Shown here: positions 1 to 12,610 of the stretch, piece by piece | How the letters are laid out: every line of letters starts with the position of its first letter | Numbering within the stretch: position 1 is the first letter of the stretch | DNA from: Lophium mytilinum | Taxonomy: Eukaryota | Assembly (NCBI GenBank): GCA_010093605.1 | Contig: MU004184.1 | Span: 2,242,801 to 2,306,800, forward strand | Length of the DNA: 64,000 nt | Direction of reading: 5' to 3' | Made by a program: the position numbers and the translations under genes | The notes under the pieces: generated by a model | The model's input: the letters and a program-made list of their open reading frames with translations, nothing else | Told to the model about the DNA's origin: nothing | The model's database searches: none

Positions 1-625
1 TAGAAGCTCTTTTCCTGTAGTAATTTAACCTTGTTAAAATCTAAAGTGCTTAGTAAGGCCCTCGTCCTTATAATAAGGGTAAAGAAGAATATTAAAGACG
101 TATACTAAATCTAGCTCGCTTAGGGCTATAGGGAAATACTATAAAGGCTTTCCCCTTGCTTTTTAAGCCGCATTATAGCCAGTTTTGCCTATATTAGAGT
201 CTATAAGATAGGCGTTAAATTTTGCCCTTATTCTAAGCACCTCTGGCAGCCCTAGCTTTAAAGTAATAAACTTTTCCCCCTAAGACTTAAAGGTAATCTT
301 TATTAGGATAGAAAAAAGCTTAATTAGGCTATTAAGCCTTTTCTAGTCCTCTCTATTAAGCCTTTATTGGGCAATTCTAAGTGCTAGCCGTTAAAAAAAG
401 GGCTTAATAGCCGCCTTTTTTTATTTGGAGGTTTTAAGTATTAAATAGGTAGAATTCCAGCGTATAAGGGTATCTAGAGGGATTATAGGAGGTCCCTTAT
501 AGTTATACATCTTATTATAGCGCTTATACTCTTTAGAAAGCTCGTAATTATACTTTATAGCAAGCACAATAAGGCGAATCTTGTTAAAAGTGCCTTTCTC
601 CTGATTTTCTGCTATTAAAACGTTA

Positions 626-760
626 GCTAGATAGATAGATAGGTAGATAGATAAATAGATGAATTTAGGTAGATAGATAGATAGATGAATTTAAGCAGAT
701 AGATAGATAGATAGATAGATTTGGGCAGATAGATAGATAGATAGATTTAGGCAGATAGAC
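626..760. repeat. Compound (TAGA)n microsatellite with GAATTTAG-type spacers, inside a transposase intron
   Basis: Directly visible. On the minus strand it lies between a GTAAGT donor (764-759) and a CTAAC branch point/TAG acceptor (~626-612). Confidence 0.9.
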
Positions 761-1891
761 TTACCTACTTCTTCTTCTTCTTCTCTTAGCTTTTAGTAGG
801 CATTTAGGGGTGTGGCTTTAAATTACTTAATAGCACTTTGCGCTACTAAATTCATAATATAAGGCAGGCAGGGCATATTAACAAGAAGCCTATGCGTTCT
901 GCAGCCCTCTTAATTAAGAAAATAACGGTATTCTCTTATAATTTCTACTATATTAAAAGCATTATCTCTTATAACACTACTAATACTTTTTTTAATGCTA
1001 AAATCTTCTAGAACTATACAAAAAAGGTCGAACTAATATTTAGATGAATAGGCCTAATTAAGGGGTGGCATAGCAAAGAGAAAGCTTTGCATTTTCTAGT
1101 TCAAATTAATAAATTAATAAGTAATTCTAAAGAACTCTGTTTTGTTGCTTGCAGTTCATGCTCTAAAAGCCGTAGAGATAACGCCTCCTAATTTAATTTA
1201 TTAAGCTAGATTTAACTTAATCTAGGCTTTTTCCACCTAAAATACCTCCTTAATATTCTTTTTCATCTTCCTAGGAGTAGGACAGGTAATATTGCGATTT
1301 AGATACTTAAAAGCATCTTAAAACGCCTTTTTTAAGATAATACTAATAGAAAGATTGCACTCTACAACTAGATTTAGAAGCAGCTTTGAAAACTGGCTTT
1401 AATCTGGTTTCCCTTTCTAAGTAGAAAGGTTTTCTTCCTTCTTCTTGTGCGAAATGCGCAGCCGGTCCTAATTATTAAGCATTTAAGTCGATTAAGCAGC
1501 GTACCAGCCTCTTGCTAAATTAGCTTTAGCTGCAGCTGCTTTTTCCCTAGCATTCTCTGCTATAGCTCAGATTTAGGGGTGTTGGTTGCGATAATAAGTG
1601 AGAAAGTTAGATGTATTTATTAAATCAGCATCTACAACTAAACTCTAGTTGCAATTTGCGCAGCTAACTCTTACTCTCCTCTTTCTGCCCTGTTTAAATT
1701 CAAGAAGGGTTACTGTTAGTAAACCTTCTAAAAATAGATAGCCCTTAAATAATATTGCTGGAAGTGTAAAATTTAGTGAACGATAGATCGATTTGTCCTT
1801 CTTAGGTGGCATGATTAAGATACGCACTTAATACCTTTTCTCTGCGTCTTTCTAGCTCTTCTTGGACCTATCTACTTCTAAATTGCAAAAA

Positions 1892-1960
1892 GATTGCTAT
1901 ATACTGCTTGCTGTGTAGTTAAATTACTATATACTGCTTGCTGTATAGTTAGATTGCTAT
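1892..1960. repeat. Tandem duplication of a ~30 bp unit (about 2.3 copies)
   Basis: attgctatatactgcttgctgtgtagtta versus attactatatactgcttgctgtatagtta. The copies differ by TG->TA changes typical of RIP. Confidence 0.85.
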
Positions 1961-2130
1961 TATATAGTTAATTAGTATAACTAGGGCACAAATAACCTAG
2001 CAAACTAATAAGCAAACTCATTAGCAAATAAATAACAAACAATAAGGTAAATAGCAAATATATACGTAAATATATACGTAAATATATATGTAAATATATA
2101 CATAAACATATATATAAATAAAAGGTAAAC

Positions 2131-2174
<44 letters not shown>

Positions 2175-2184
2175 GGCTAAATTC

Positions 2185-2220
<36 letters not shown>

Positions 2221-2312
2221 CTCTGTCTAAATTCATCTATCTATCTATCTATCTATCTATCTCTCTATCTAAATTCATCTATCTATCTATCTGTCTATCT
2301 ATCTGCCTAAAT

Positions 2313-2396
<84 letters not shown>

Positions 2397-2397
2397 T
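2131..2397. repeat. Compound (TCTA)n microsatellite with CTAAATTCA spacers
   Basis: Directly visible. It has the same compound unit as the 626-760 array, in the opposite orientation. Confidence 0.95.
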
Positions 2398-3195
2398 TAC
2401 CCCCTTTTTATGCTTAATTATCTACGTATCTTAAGTTTAACAGTATTTCCAGTATAATAGTAGCATAATATAGCCGTAGTAAAAAAATCAGCCTAATTGG
2501 GCTTAGTTTCACTTTCACCAACTTTTAGTTACGTGATATTTCTAAATAGGCCTATATTTCTATTTGAAATAACTCTATATAGACCCCTATTTTCTATTCC
2601 TTATAGAATAAAATAAAATAGAATCAAATAGAAATATATTTTCTATCCTGCATAATACTGTCAAGGTATATAAGTTTAAGTGACACTCTACAGTCCCTCT
2701 AGATACAGGAACTTTAAAATCCCAATCTGCATACAGGTACTTTCCCTCCCAATCCAGGAAACCGAGCTGCACTTGCGCAGCTTGAGCTATGGCTGTGCTA
2801 GGGAAGGCGCCTGACAGAGACTGAGCAGCGGCGCTCTTAAATCTAGGGCCGTTGGCAATATCTAAAGTTGCCGCCCAATACAAAGGATTTTTTTTTTTTT
2901 GGCAACAAGCAAGAACCCAATTAAGACAATCGAAAGGGTGCGATTTCTTAAGCGTGTAAAACTGTACCGTTACGGTGAGACTAGAAACAACTTTGAGTTG
3001 TGGTGGACTTGCACGCAGTTGTTAAAGTTGTTGATCTTTCTTGGGTGGTAACTTAAATAACACAAACTCCTTTGTATGTCACCGAAAGGGCCTTTGTTTA
3101 TTACGCTCATTACCCTCTCTGCAATGGCTACCTCATAGAACACGCCCATTCCGCTGGACCCGCCGCAGCCATTATACACCTTGGATAGATCCCAG

Positions 3196-3774
3196 TCAGG
3201 CCTTCAATCCAGCTAGTACGAACATAGACATACAAATCATGGCGCCAACTGCCCATACCTTGAAACGAAGTGGTGCTTGCCCTAGCGCAAGCCTCTCTGT
3301 CCCTTGATGCCAAATGTAAACATAGGTGTACAGCACGCGGCTCGCTAGCCAGCCCAATGAAAGCACATTCATGGTGAGTGCGGAGACGCCTGCAGAATTG
3401 CCTGCTGTCACCGCGGCGGCGAAAAGTGGGAGGGCCTCAAACCCATTTGCTGAACATCCTTCAGCCCGCAGTAAACGACCCCGAAGCTAACTTCAGATTA
3501 GCTCGCATAACTGTCCAGAGTTGCTTGCTAGAACGTACCGCTTCATCTAAATCAGCTTTCTTTAGGGTTTCAGGGAAGCCTCTGGGATCATTTCGATCAA
3601 AGAGTTTTTTCCCAGGTCCTGAAAGCCCTGAATAAAACCGGGCACTAAGGGCAAGAATTAGTGCTGGTGGAATCTGAGCGAATGTTAGCCGTCACCAAAA
3701 AACGACGAGATTGTATATTTTCAGCTCACCGTGAAGTACGAGATATTTTTATCGGAACCTAGTAAACTTAACAT
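3196..3774 (-). CDS. MAPEG-family membrane protein (3 exons)
   Basis: Manual splice of exons ~3774-3730, ~3673-3539 and ~3487-3196 gives MLSLLGSDKNISYFT|IPPALILAL...FDRNDPRGF...|LRGRLLRAEGCSANGFEALPLFAAAV...WLASRVLYTYVYI. The R-A-x3-N-x2-E-x-LPLFAAAV and SRxxY patterns are typical of fungal MAPEG proteins. Introns are canonical with branch points. Confidence 0.85.
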
Positions 3775-4059
3775 AATGGAGTGCAATGATTCTTATCGTG
3801 AACGTTCTGAGGCAATAGCAATGCTGCTATGTAACTTTGCGCGTGGTTTATTAATTATCGTAATTGTTCTCCGTACCGGACCAAATGGCCGGGACACCGT
3901 ATCCATTCATCGGACGGTTCCTTGGCATTAGGCCGTAACTATTCGCCCAGAGCAGGATTACAAACCACCTTCGGGAAATTGAGTTATCCCGGCTCCACGC
4001 CTTCACTACAGTTTCGAGTCGCGGAGCAAAGTTAAGCCGACCTAAGCCGGGACCTAAGC

Positions 4060-5163
4060 TACAATAATATAGAGTTACGTAATTAATAGGCGTTAAGAGT
4101 ATATAGATTAGGGTTAGTGTAATACCTATAGTATAGAAAGGTAGATTAGTATAAGTATAAAAGCAGCACGTAATAAGTAGATAACCCCTTCTTAATTGCA
4201 GATAGTAGCACTTTAGTACCTATTCTAGCTTCTTCTTATATAGTCTACCCTAGATAGTATAAGGGGCGCTGCTAAGTGCATATTCTAGACCCTACTGGTT
4301 ACGTAAGGTAAGGAACATTAGAACTACTATGCCACTAGGTTTTAGAAGGTTGGAGGAGGTATACTACTACTATAATAAATAACTAACTATAATCTAAGTA
4401 GACGGATATATCTAGCTATATCTCTTAATAATAGATATTATAGAAAGTATACTTATTTATTAATACTAGGTACTATAAAGCAACTTTAAAGATTTAGGTA
4501 AAATACTTATAAAACTAGAATATACACTTAGCCCCGCCCCTTATATAATAACAAGAGCTTCTTCTCTATTATAATATAGTAAAGGTTATCCTCTTCTACT
4601 CTCTCTATCTTTTCCTAAATAAACCTAATCCCTATATCTATTAATATACCGCCCTTAACTACTATAATATAGAATTTAACCTATTAAATATTTTAAGACT
4701 TTTTAAAAGAAAAGAAATAGGCTATTAAACTTAAACCCCTTCTTTTAAGGCAAGAGCTTAAAGTTGCGTAATAGATACTTGATAAAAATAACTAAATAAG
4801 GTTTAATACTCTTATTTAGCTTCTATTAATACTAACAGAAATTACTATTTAGTTTTAGGGGGAACGGTATATTACATAAGAGCCTAGACTACTAGAAGTA
4901 CTTAGAATAAGGGAGACATTTAACGCCTATCCCCTAGATTATATTATAGGCAAAATTAGCTATGCTGCGGCTTAAAAAGTACAGGAGAAAATTCCAAAGT
5001 ATTTCCCTAGGCCCTAGGCGAGCTTGATTTAATATGCTTCTTTACTATTCTTATTTCCCTTGTTATAAGGACTAGGGCCTTACTACGTACTTTAGATTTC
5101 TACTAGGTCAAATTACTAGAGGAAAAGATCTCCTATAGCGCAAATTTAAAGAGTAAGTCCCTG

Positions 5164-5195
<32 letters not shown>

Positions 5196-6000
5196 GCTTC
5201 TTATCTATCTATCTATCTATCTAACTATTCCCTTTTATACTTATCTATCTATATTTATTTATATATTAATATACCTTTCTACTATTTTTCTATATCTTTT
5301 ATAGTCTTATTTTAGATTATTAAAAATAGTCCTTTCTATTTTATACTTTACAGGTGAAGGGTTCTAGTATTTATATACCCTTTTTTTAGTAAATATACGC
5401 CTCTACTTCTATCTAACTTAATTACTAACTAGAAAAGCTTAAAGCTTTATGTAGAGCTCTATTTTTATATATATCTATTTTAATTTAAGGCTGTATAGCT
5501 TCTTTACTCTTCTTTTTAATTAATTACTATAGCTATTTATATACCCTTATATTACTACTTATAATACCTATATATATACTAGAACTCTTCTATACTATAT
5601 ATAGCCCTCTCTACTAGCGCCTATTTCTATATAGTATTAATCTCTAGATACCTCTTTTAGCACTCCTTCATATACTATTAGCTAATACTAAAGCTTATAA
5701 TAGCCTAACCTCTTTACCTTAGAATAAGAATAATAATAATAATTAGAATATAACTAAGAATAATAATTAGAATTTAGTTATATATACTTTAGTTTAGAGA
5801 CATTATTATTTTAGGTAATTAGAAATCTATAGCTACACCTCTAAGCTATTTAGAAGATTAGATAGGTAGTAAAGGTATATATTTACTAAGAATAATATAT
5901 ATATCTACTAAAAAGAGAGTGTATAAATACTAGCACTTTAAATAAGCATTCTTTATAGAAGATAAAATAATAATACTACTATTGAGATAGTCTCTATATA
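4060..6000 (+). mobile_element. RIP-degraded AT-rich block containing a second hAT transposase relic (copy 2); 5350-6000 not assignable
   Basis: TAG AAT TTA ACC TAT at 4670-4684 reads as RIP-mutated WNSTY. Bases 4858-5135 align by eye with the reverse complement of 1-280, sharing e.g. CTTAGAATAAGGG...ATTTAACGCCTATC, TGCGGCTTAAAAAG and TTATAAGGAC.AGGGCCTTACTA. A GTAAGT donor at 5153 is followed by (TCTA)n. Confidence 0.8.
5164..5222. repeat. (TCTA)n microsatellite directly after a GTAAGT splice donor
   Basis: Directly visible. Confidence 0.9.
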
Positions 6001-6128
6001 TGAATTTACGGCCTATAAAATACACTTATTATTTGTGCTACCACCGTACTGCTCCTACTATAATACCAATCGCTACACAGAAATACACAAAACAGTAACA
6101 CTCCCTCTTCCAATCCAAAGCTGTCGCG

Positions 6129-8395
6129 CTACACAATCCCATCCAACAGCACTGCCAGTCCTCCCACTTTAGCCAACGTCCCTACCGCACTGCTCCCAAT
6201 GCTCCTCCGACCACTAGAACTCGGCCTTCGCTTGCTGCTGCTTGAGCTTCGTCGGCTTTTTGGTTTGGCCGGAACGTCGCTATCAGACGTCGTCGAGACA
6301 TCAAGATGAGACGTCGAGTACGACGGGTGATTATGCATGCTCGTTCGCGGAGAGGTGTTGCTGAAGGATGTTCTCTGGTGCGCAGAGCGAGGCGTTAGTG
6401 GTGCTTGGGAATATTGCGGCGCGTAAGGAGCTGGGTATGATGGATGCTGCATGTTCGGTGAAGCAGGATTGTATGGGAAGGGGTTGTAGTTTGGGTTTGG
6501 CCCGGGGAACGTGGTTGCACGGTCTAGTGAGGGTGGGTACGTCTGAATTGGTGGCGGGATGGAACGTGGTGTGCGGTCTGCAGCGCTGGAGATCCGCGGC
6601 TGGACTGGGTAGTGCTGGTATGATGAAGAGGAAGAGCGGCGTTTGGGTGAGCGAGGCCGTTGGCGTTTGCGGTACAGTTCTACTGTTCGTTCGACAAGAC
6701 GTTCGACTTCGTCCTTTGAATCTGCATTAGCATTGCGTTGATGTGATGGGCTAGGAGCTGACTTACAAAGGTGAGTGGACGAGGAATCGAGAAGGCGGTC
6801 TCGAGCTTCGTTCGTCCTTCTTCGTTCCGCTCCGTCTTGATTTGCGTGTAATCGTACCCTCCCTCTCTCAACGCTTCCTTACAAACCCAAGATGCTAGAA
6901 TTTCCGTCCAGGCATTTCGATCGGCGAAAGGCGCCGATACTCTAAGCGGGGCGTTAGATCGTTCAACATTGCCGTCAATGAATTCCCAATAATATCTCTT
7001 GTCACATATTCGCCACGGAATTTTCAAATCTACACTTTCGTCCTCGTCTTTAGCAGTCACAGCTGCAGCCGCACGAATAGGGAGACTCGAAATACTAGTA
7101 CGAGGGGACTGTGAAGATTGACTAAGTAGGCTGGGCGACGTTGCTAAGGTCCCTGACGATCGAGGAGAAACGCCGTATTGCGACGAAGGCGGGGATACAG
7201 GCACTGCAGAGCTGACCCTCCTATCCGGGACTCGCATTGGCAGTGTTGGTAGGTCCGGGAAAAGCGGCGGGATACTGCCTGGCCGTTGAGGAGTGGGCGC
7301 TGGAAAGCTTCGTCCAGAGCGGTTGACGCCAGGCAATGTCCCGAGCTGGTCATCACTGTCCTCAGACTCGACTGTCGGTTGCTGGTTTTGTCTCCGATCG
7401 TGTTGCTGCTGCTTGGTCTGCTCTTCAGCCTCGTGTTGCATCCGGTCCATTTCCTCCAAAACTTCCTGAAGCCGGGTCCACCTGGCAATTAAGTGATCGA
7501 TGTGTTCAGTGGAAACACAAAGCACTTGCGCCAACTCTTTGGGGTCGTTGTGTGGTATCTGAGCCAGAGATGGATCCTGATACTGGACCAGACTGGTAGG
7601 CGTTGTCGCGGACAGCTCACACTCTTTTTCAACGACAATGATGCTGTTGGAGGCGTCGCTGTTCTCTAAAAGACGTGGGCTTGAAAAGGCTTCGCTTCGT
7701 CGCAGCTCATCGTAAAGTCTCGATACGGACGATAGGGAGATCTGCTGCTCTATGATGAGTACTTCCATTCGAAGCTTCTCATTTTGGATAGATTCGTCCA
7801 TCCTAGCAGGCGATATTGTTGTATGGGTTCTATAGGGTAGTCAGAAGTTGCAGCAGCACTGATCTAAATGGAAGTAAATGTACCTGGTCCATTGGATTAT
7901 TTTTGCGGTGTACCACGTTTGAAGCATGACAGAAAGTGACAATGTGAGAGACTTAAGGTGACCGAGGAGATAATCTACCCGCGCCTTGGAGGTAAGAGAC
8001 CATTTCAACGCTCGAATCGGTTCAGAAGATGTCAAGTCATCTTCACGCTTCTCATGAAGTTGATTCACAGGCACTAGAGCCTCGATTTCCCTAAAGATGT
8101 TCTGGCATTGATCGAGAACTTCTTGGACGGTTTCAAACGCCTAGAGCTGGTATAAGCATAGGGACATCTTCTAAAGAAGAACGGAAGACCAACTGACCGT
8201 TAGAGAAGGCATGTAATCATCCTCTTGAAGAGAAGCTCCAATTTCTTTCAGCTTTAAGGAGAACAGGCTGACATTGCTCGCGATGCGGTTTATGTCCTTC
8301 GGCACTATAGAGACAGCCCCGACTCTGTAGAGAGCCAACGAGAGCCGCGAACCCAACAACGAGATATGGAATATTGTCGACGTAATTTCTGCCAT
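6129..8395 (-). CDS. Uncharacterised protein with fungal STAND N-terminal (HeLo-like/SesA-like) helical domain and Pro/Ser-rich C-terminal half (4 exons)
   Basis: ORFs 8171-8530, 7841-8074, 6680-7801 and 6129-6452 join through canonical introns. The N-terminus MAEITSTIFHISLLGSRLSLALY...INRIASNVSLFSLKLKEI...LKWSLTSKARVDYLLGHLKSLTLSLSVMLQ resembles fungal STAND N-terminal domains. No P-loop is seen. Confidence 0.7.
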
Positions 8396-9910
8396 ACTTG
8401 AAGCTGTAGGTCTTAGTCCTGAACGCGCATCAACATCGAAATAAAAGAAGGTCCTGCGCGGAGAGATTATACACCGCAGGCAGGCCCGGTCAACTGGAAA
8501 CGAGCGGGCGTTATAGCTGTGCATCATCACCGGCGAGCAAACAAGCCGTGAGCTCCTAAAGGTGACCGGATGCTAGCCATTAAGCGATCGGGCGCAGGCA
8601 GCTAGCGTGGCACAAGGCTGAAAAGATAGGACAAACGACGGGTGTGAGCTGACCCCGTCTGCAGGGGAGCCTGACATGCGCCACCCAGAAGACTGGAATA
8701 AAGCGCGCTGTCCCGCCACCGAGATGCTTGCTACGGGGGTGCGGCCCGCAGAGAACAGCAATCGAACAGTGAGTGGAGACTCCGCACTATGGGGTCTCAG
8801 CCTTACCTACCAAGTACTTCCTGGGTTAGGCCCAATTCGCGAGGCATCACCAACGATCCTACCGACTGTAGACTTTGCTCAAAAATGAAACGTAATAGTT
8901 TCTTGTTTCGCCAGTTCCAGCCCAGCTCTGAATATTCCATACTCGGCTTCTGTATATGTCATCTGAGAAGAGTCATCGAACCTTCCCACAGGCTCCAGCG
9001 AATTACGCTTCTCGAATCTCAGCCTTGCCGGGCCACACCCTACGATATCAGCGATTACCCTCCACCTGCCGCAAACATCCATGATAGCCCAACGCTTTCG
9101 TGGGTTCGTACATACGGTTTGTCCAGGATCAGCACATGGCCTCGACGAGTGACGTTGGGTGGTGGCTTAGACCATTGGGGGGGTCGTTACTTATCTGAAA
9201 GACGACCAATAGCACTGCTTCGCTCTAACCTGAAACTTTCCGGTGAACTGGTGGGTCTGCAGAGGTGTCCGGCTGTCGTTATTGACCATTTGCATCTACA
9301 CCTTCGCATATTCTTCCACTCTATTGGTCCAACGTGCAGTGCTCAAGACCTAGCACGATGGCCGAGAGAAGAACTGTCAACCGAACGCTGCCTACACCGG
9401 TCGAGGAGGAACCACCGGTCACGGGCCCGTGGGATGAATCATGCGGCACGTCAGGGGAGTAGAAATATGTGATGGCGGCCTTTGATAAGAACACGAACAT
9501 AAGATATACCTTCGCTTCTATGGGCATCATGTAGGCGAATGGTGTCTAAGGCCCAGAAAGGTTCATTGAGAAATCAGACAGTATGAAGATGTACAGATGA
9601 AACTCGAGGACAGGAACGGGTCCAGCCCAGAGCATTACGTAGATGTCAAAAGAGAAGAAAAGACTGAAACGACGTGATTGAAACGTGAAAAAGCGAAAAG
9701 AAACACATATGTGCGGCCGTATAATGCAGAGGCCGAGATGAGCTGTCATCCGCAATGTTCACCAAACCAAGCAGCTCGCCAAAGGAATCGGGGTATCATC
9801 CAAGCTCGAAGATCCGTCCACCCTTCCATCCCATGTGTAATGAAGTCGATGTCGCCATCAACATGGTATCAAACTCGCCCCGAATGACATAGAAAAGCAT
9901 GAAGGTATCG

Positions 9911-11709
9911 CTAGACGAAGAGCACGATCTCCCCTCTGTCGTTTCTCTTCAACCGGAGACTCTTCCAAAGCTCCTTCTCCTCATCAGGCTTGCTTAGCTC
10001 GCGATCCCAGCGATCGTAGCGCTCGCGGTGGTAGCGTTTCAGTACCTTGTTCACGCTGCATCCACGTTCAGACTCGGGTCCTTTGTTGATGAACGACATA
10101 AAGAGCTCTGCGCGGGCCCCCAAGTCCTTGGGGAATGCATTGCCGTTACTGTGCAGGACTACCGCCCCGTTGCCGTTGACGTCAGGCGCAGTTGACTCGG
10201 AGTCGGCACGGGGATACTCTATCGCCTTCATCGGCTTCGATTTGCGTTCAGGAGAAGGCGATGAGGACGAGCGGCGACGGCGACGGCGCTCTTCGCGGCC
10301 AGACTTTTCGCGCTTGGTACGGACAAGAGCCCGGGTGCCGTTGATCTCTTTGACCGTGCCATTGGACGTCTTGCGAGGCTTAGGTTCGCGGTCTCGACCT
10401 CTCTCCTTCTGCCGCTCCAGCTTTGCTTCACGCTCACGTTTCTCATCCTCCTCGTACTGGCGCTGGGCGCGCGCAAGGGCTTTGGATGTGCCCTGTTTAG
10501 CCCGTTTCATAGGGCTCAATGGGGACGCTCCAGCATAGTCCCCACCAGAGTAATCTGGGCTGGGTGGGAAATCCGGACGAGCAAGCAGCCTGTTGAGGCC
10601 GCCTGTGAGGCCCGAGTGCAGAATCGGGGGCGTGCCCGCCATGGTAACGTCTCGCTCAGCCTGCGCTCGGACGAGGGACATATCGAGCTGCCCGACATCC
10701 GACCTTTTGCGCTTCTTGTCGGACTGCTTGGACACAGTTGTCTCTTTCTCACGGGCCTGCTTCCGTTCGCGTTCTGGCTTGGGCTTGGGCGCAGGGGTAT
10801 AGTACGCTGAGTCGTGATACTCTGGCTCCCGAACTTCTGCATACGACTCGTAGCGCTCAAATGTGGGAGGCACAGGCTCTGTGCCATACGCAAACCCGTT
10901 CTCAACGTAGTGGTATTCTCGGTCCTCGTCATCCATTTGAAAGTCGAGCGCATTCACACGGACCAAGTCTGAGCTGGACCTGTGGTGCTTGTTCTCCTGA
11001 ATTGTGCTGTTCTCGATCATACGAGACTCTTCTGGCGGTGGCAAGGCGACCTTCGAAGGATTCGGAGTCTCTGCGTCAACAAGGAATTCGAAGACATTGA
11101 CCGAAGGAAGGGCAGCCTGCTCGCCATAATATGCGGCTGGCGGAGGGCTTGGGGCGTGAGGAGGAGCGTCGACGATGGCGACGGCGCCGCTGTCTGGGTC
11201 AATGGCATCTTCGACGTATGCCTTGCGCGGCACGAGAGCCTGCGATGCCTGCTTCTGCTGCTGCGGCTTTGCCTTCTTCTCCTTGTATAGTGCGCCCTGG
11301 TATTTCTGCGCTTCGCTGATGCAGCTCTGTTATTGGGCAATGGATTAGCCCTGGCCACTCAGCGAATGGGGATTCTGCGGCCATGCAGGACCGTCGTTTT
11401 TGTGATTGTTGTTGTGGTTGTTGTTGTCGTCGCAACCACGGAGTGAAGAAACTTCAGCGCGCGAACTTACAGTGTGGGCGCGGTATTCGGTGCCGTAGAA
11501 GTGCACCATGCAGTCGATGCAGGTAAAGGAGGCGCCGCGACATTGATTGCGATGCGGGTCCAGCTTCTTCTTGGTGAGGACGTCCCCACAGTTCTATCCA
11601 AAGGCAGGGCCGGTCAGCTTCATGGCATTCCAGGAGGCGAGGGGCCAATGGAGCGCGGAGAACGGATGGCCCGTGGGGAGCTGCATACCTCGCAGGAGAA
11701 GGAGACCAT
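9911..11709 (-). CDS. LYAR-type C2HC zinc finger nucleolar protein (3 exons)
   Basis: Spliced N-terminus MVSFSCE|NCGDVLTKKKLDPHRNQCRGASFTCIDCMVHFYGTEYRAHT|SCISEAQKYQGALY is the LYAR/YCR087C-A signature. It joins ORF 9911-11233. Confidence 0.92.
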
Positions 11710-12610
11710 GATGATGCTTGCGGGCGTGGGCGAATGCGAATAAAGAGCGGTGTGCGGGTGGTGAGAATGCAACGATGCAGCGGTGAGGCAGCGAAGAAAG
11801 GGATGCCCCGTGGCTGCTCTTCTATCGATTGCGGCGGGGACGAGGGGGAGCTGTGGTTTGGGGACGTGTTGGTGTTGTTTCATGCTGGCCATGGGCCACA
11901 ATCTATTTTGCTCTAGCAAGCCACACGCGCGCCAACTCCCCCTGACCGACCGGCAGCGCGCCCTTGCTGCATGCGAGATCGCGTCGCCGGTATCAGGGTT
12001 AATTATAGGTCACGAGAGCCTGCGCGAGCCTGTGAGAACGCCGAGGGTGTGCAGCCCTAGTCTGTCGCAGAGCCACTCAGCAGGTCCAGCAGTCTGGAGC
12101 AGTTGGAGGCCATCGCAAAGAGGAAGTTCAGCAAGATGCGCTTTGCAGATGTGTACCGCATCGAGGCGAGGTACGGAGTAGTGAACTGTGTATTAGGCGC
12201 CTCGCGCAGACAAAGCGCTACCCCTGGAGCTGCTGGTGTCGCCAGTTCATGGCCGCATATATCGACATATCGCCCCATTGACGAGAGCCATGTTCCCCCC
12301 TAGTTCTGCTGCGGCGGGTTGGCCAGGCGTGCAGCCATCCCATTCGCAGCTGTGGCCAGTGTCTCAGTTGGTGTGCGGCGGTGCCTTTGCCGCAATCCTC
12401 CCCCAGCATTCATCACCGCATCTCAGAGCCGTATCTGCGAGACCTGGCATGACCTATAAACTGCCACGGGTCATCGGGACACTGCGGCCCGCTGATCAAT
12501 CAGATCATCCGCTGCTTTGCCCTCTGGAGCTGTATAGTCCTGGAAATCGACAGATACCGATTGCCCAGTCGCGCCCACCCCTCCACCAAGTTTTGCTCGA
12601 GATAGCGTCG

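Larger units (their letters stand above)
1..2660 (-). mobile_element. RIP-degraded hAT-family DNA transposon (copy 1), continues past the left edge of the window
   Basis: The minus strand, read from an ATG near 1812, shows relic hAT motifs broken by TAA/TAG stops: BED-finger-like SCANCN...TSNFLT(Y)YRNQHP (~1575-1665), RDNAFN (~955-970), MPCLP(Y)IMNLVAQ (CxxH motif with H->Y, 841-876) and LDTLIRWNSTYL (RWNSTY at 445-462). There is a strong TpA excess. AT-rich DNA ends near 2660, where the minus strand begins CAGTATTATGCAGG, a plausible RIP-mutated hAT terminus (inferred). Confidence 0.85.

Noticed and set aside
626..2397. CRISPR-like repeat/spacer appearance of the compound microsatellites
   Set aside because: Eukaryotic DNA; these are simple tetranucleotide repeats without unique spacers or cas genes.
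8789..9472. 227-aa ORF and the many other overlapping ORFs in the track
   Set aside because: No motifs. Most are antisense or alternate-frame shadows of real GC-rich genes, or chance intergenic ORFs.
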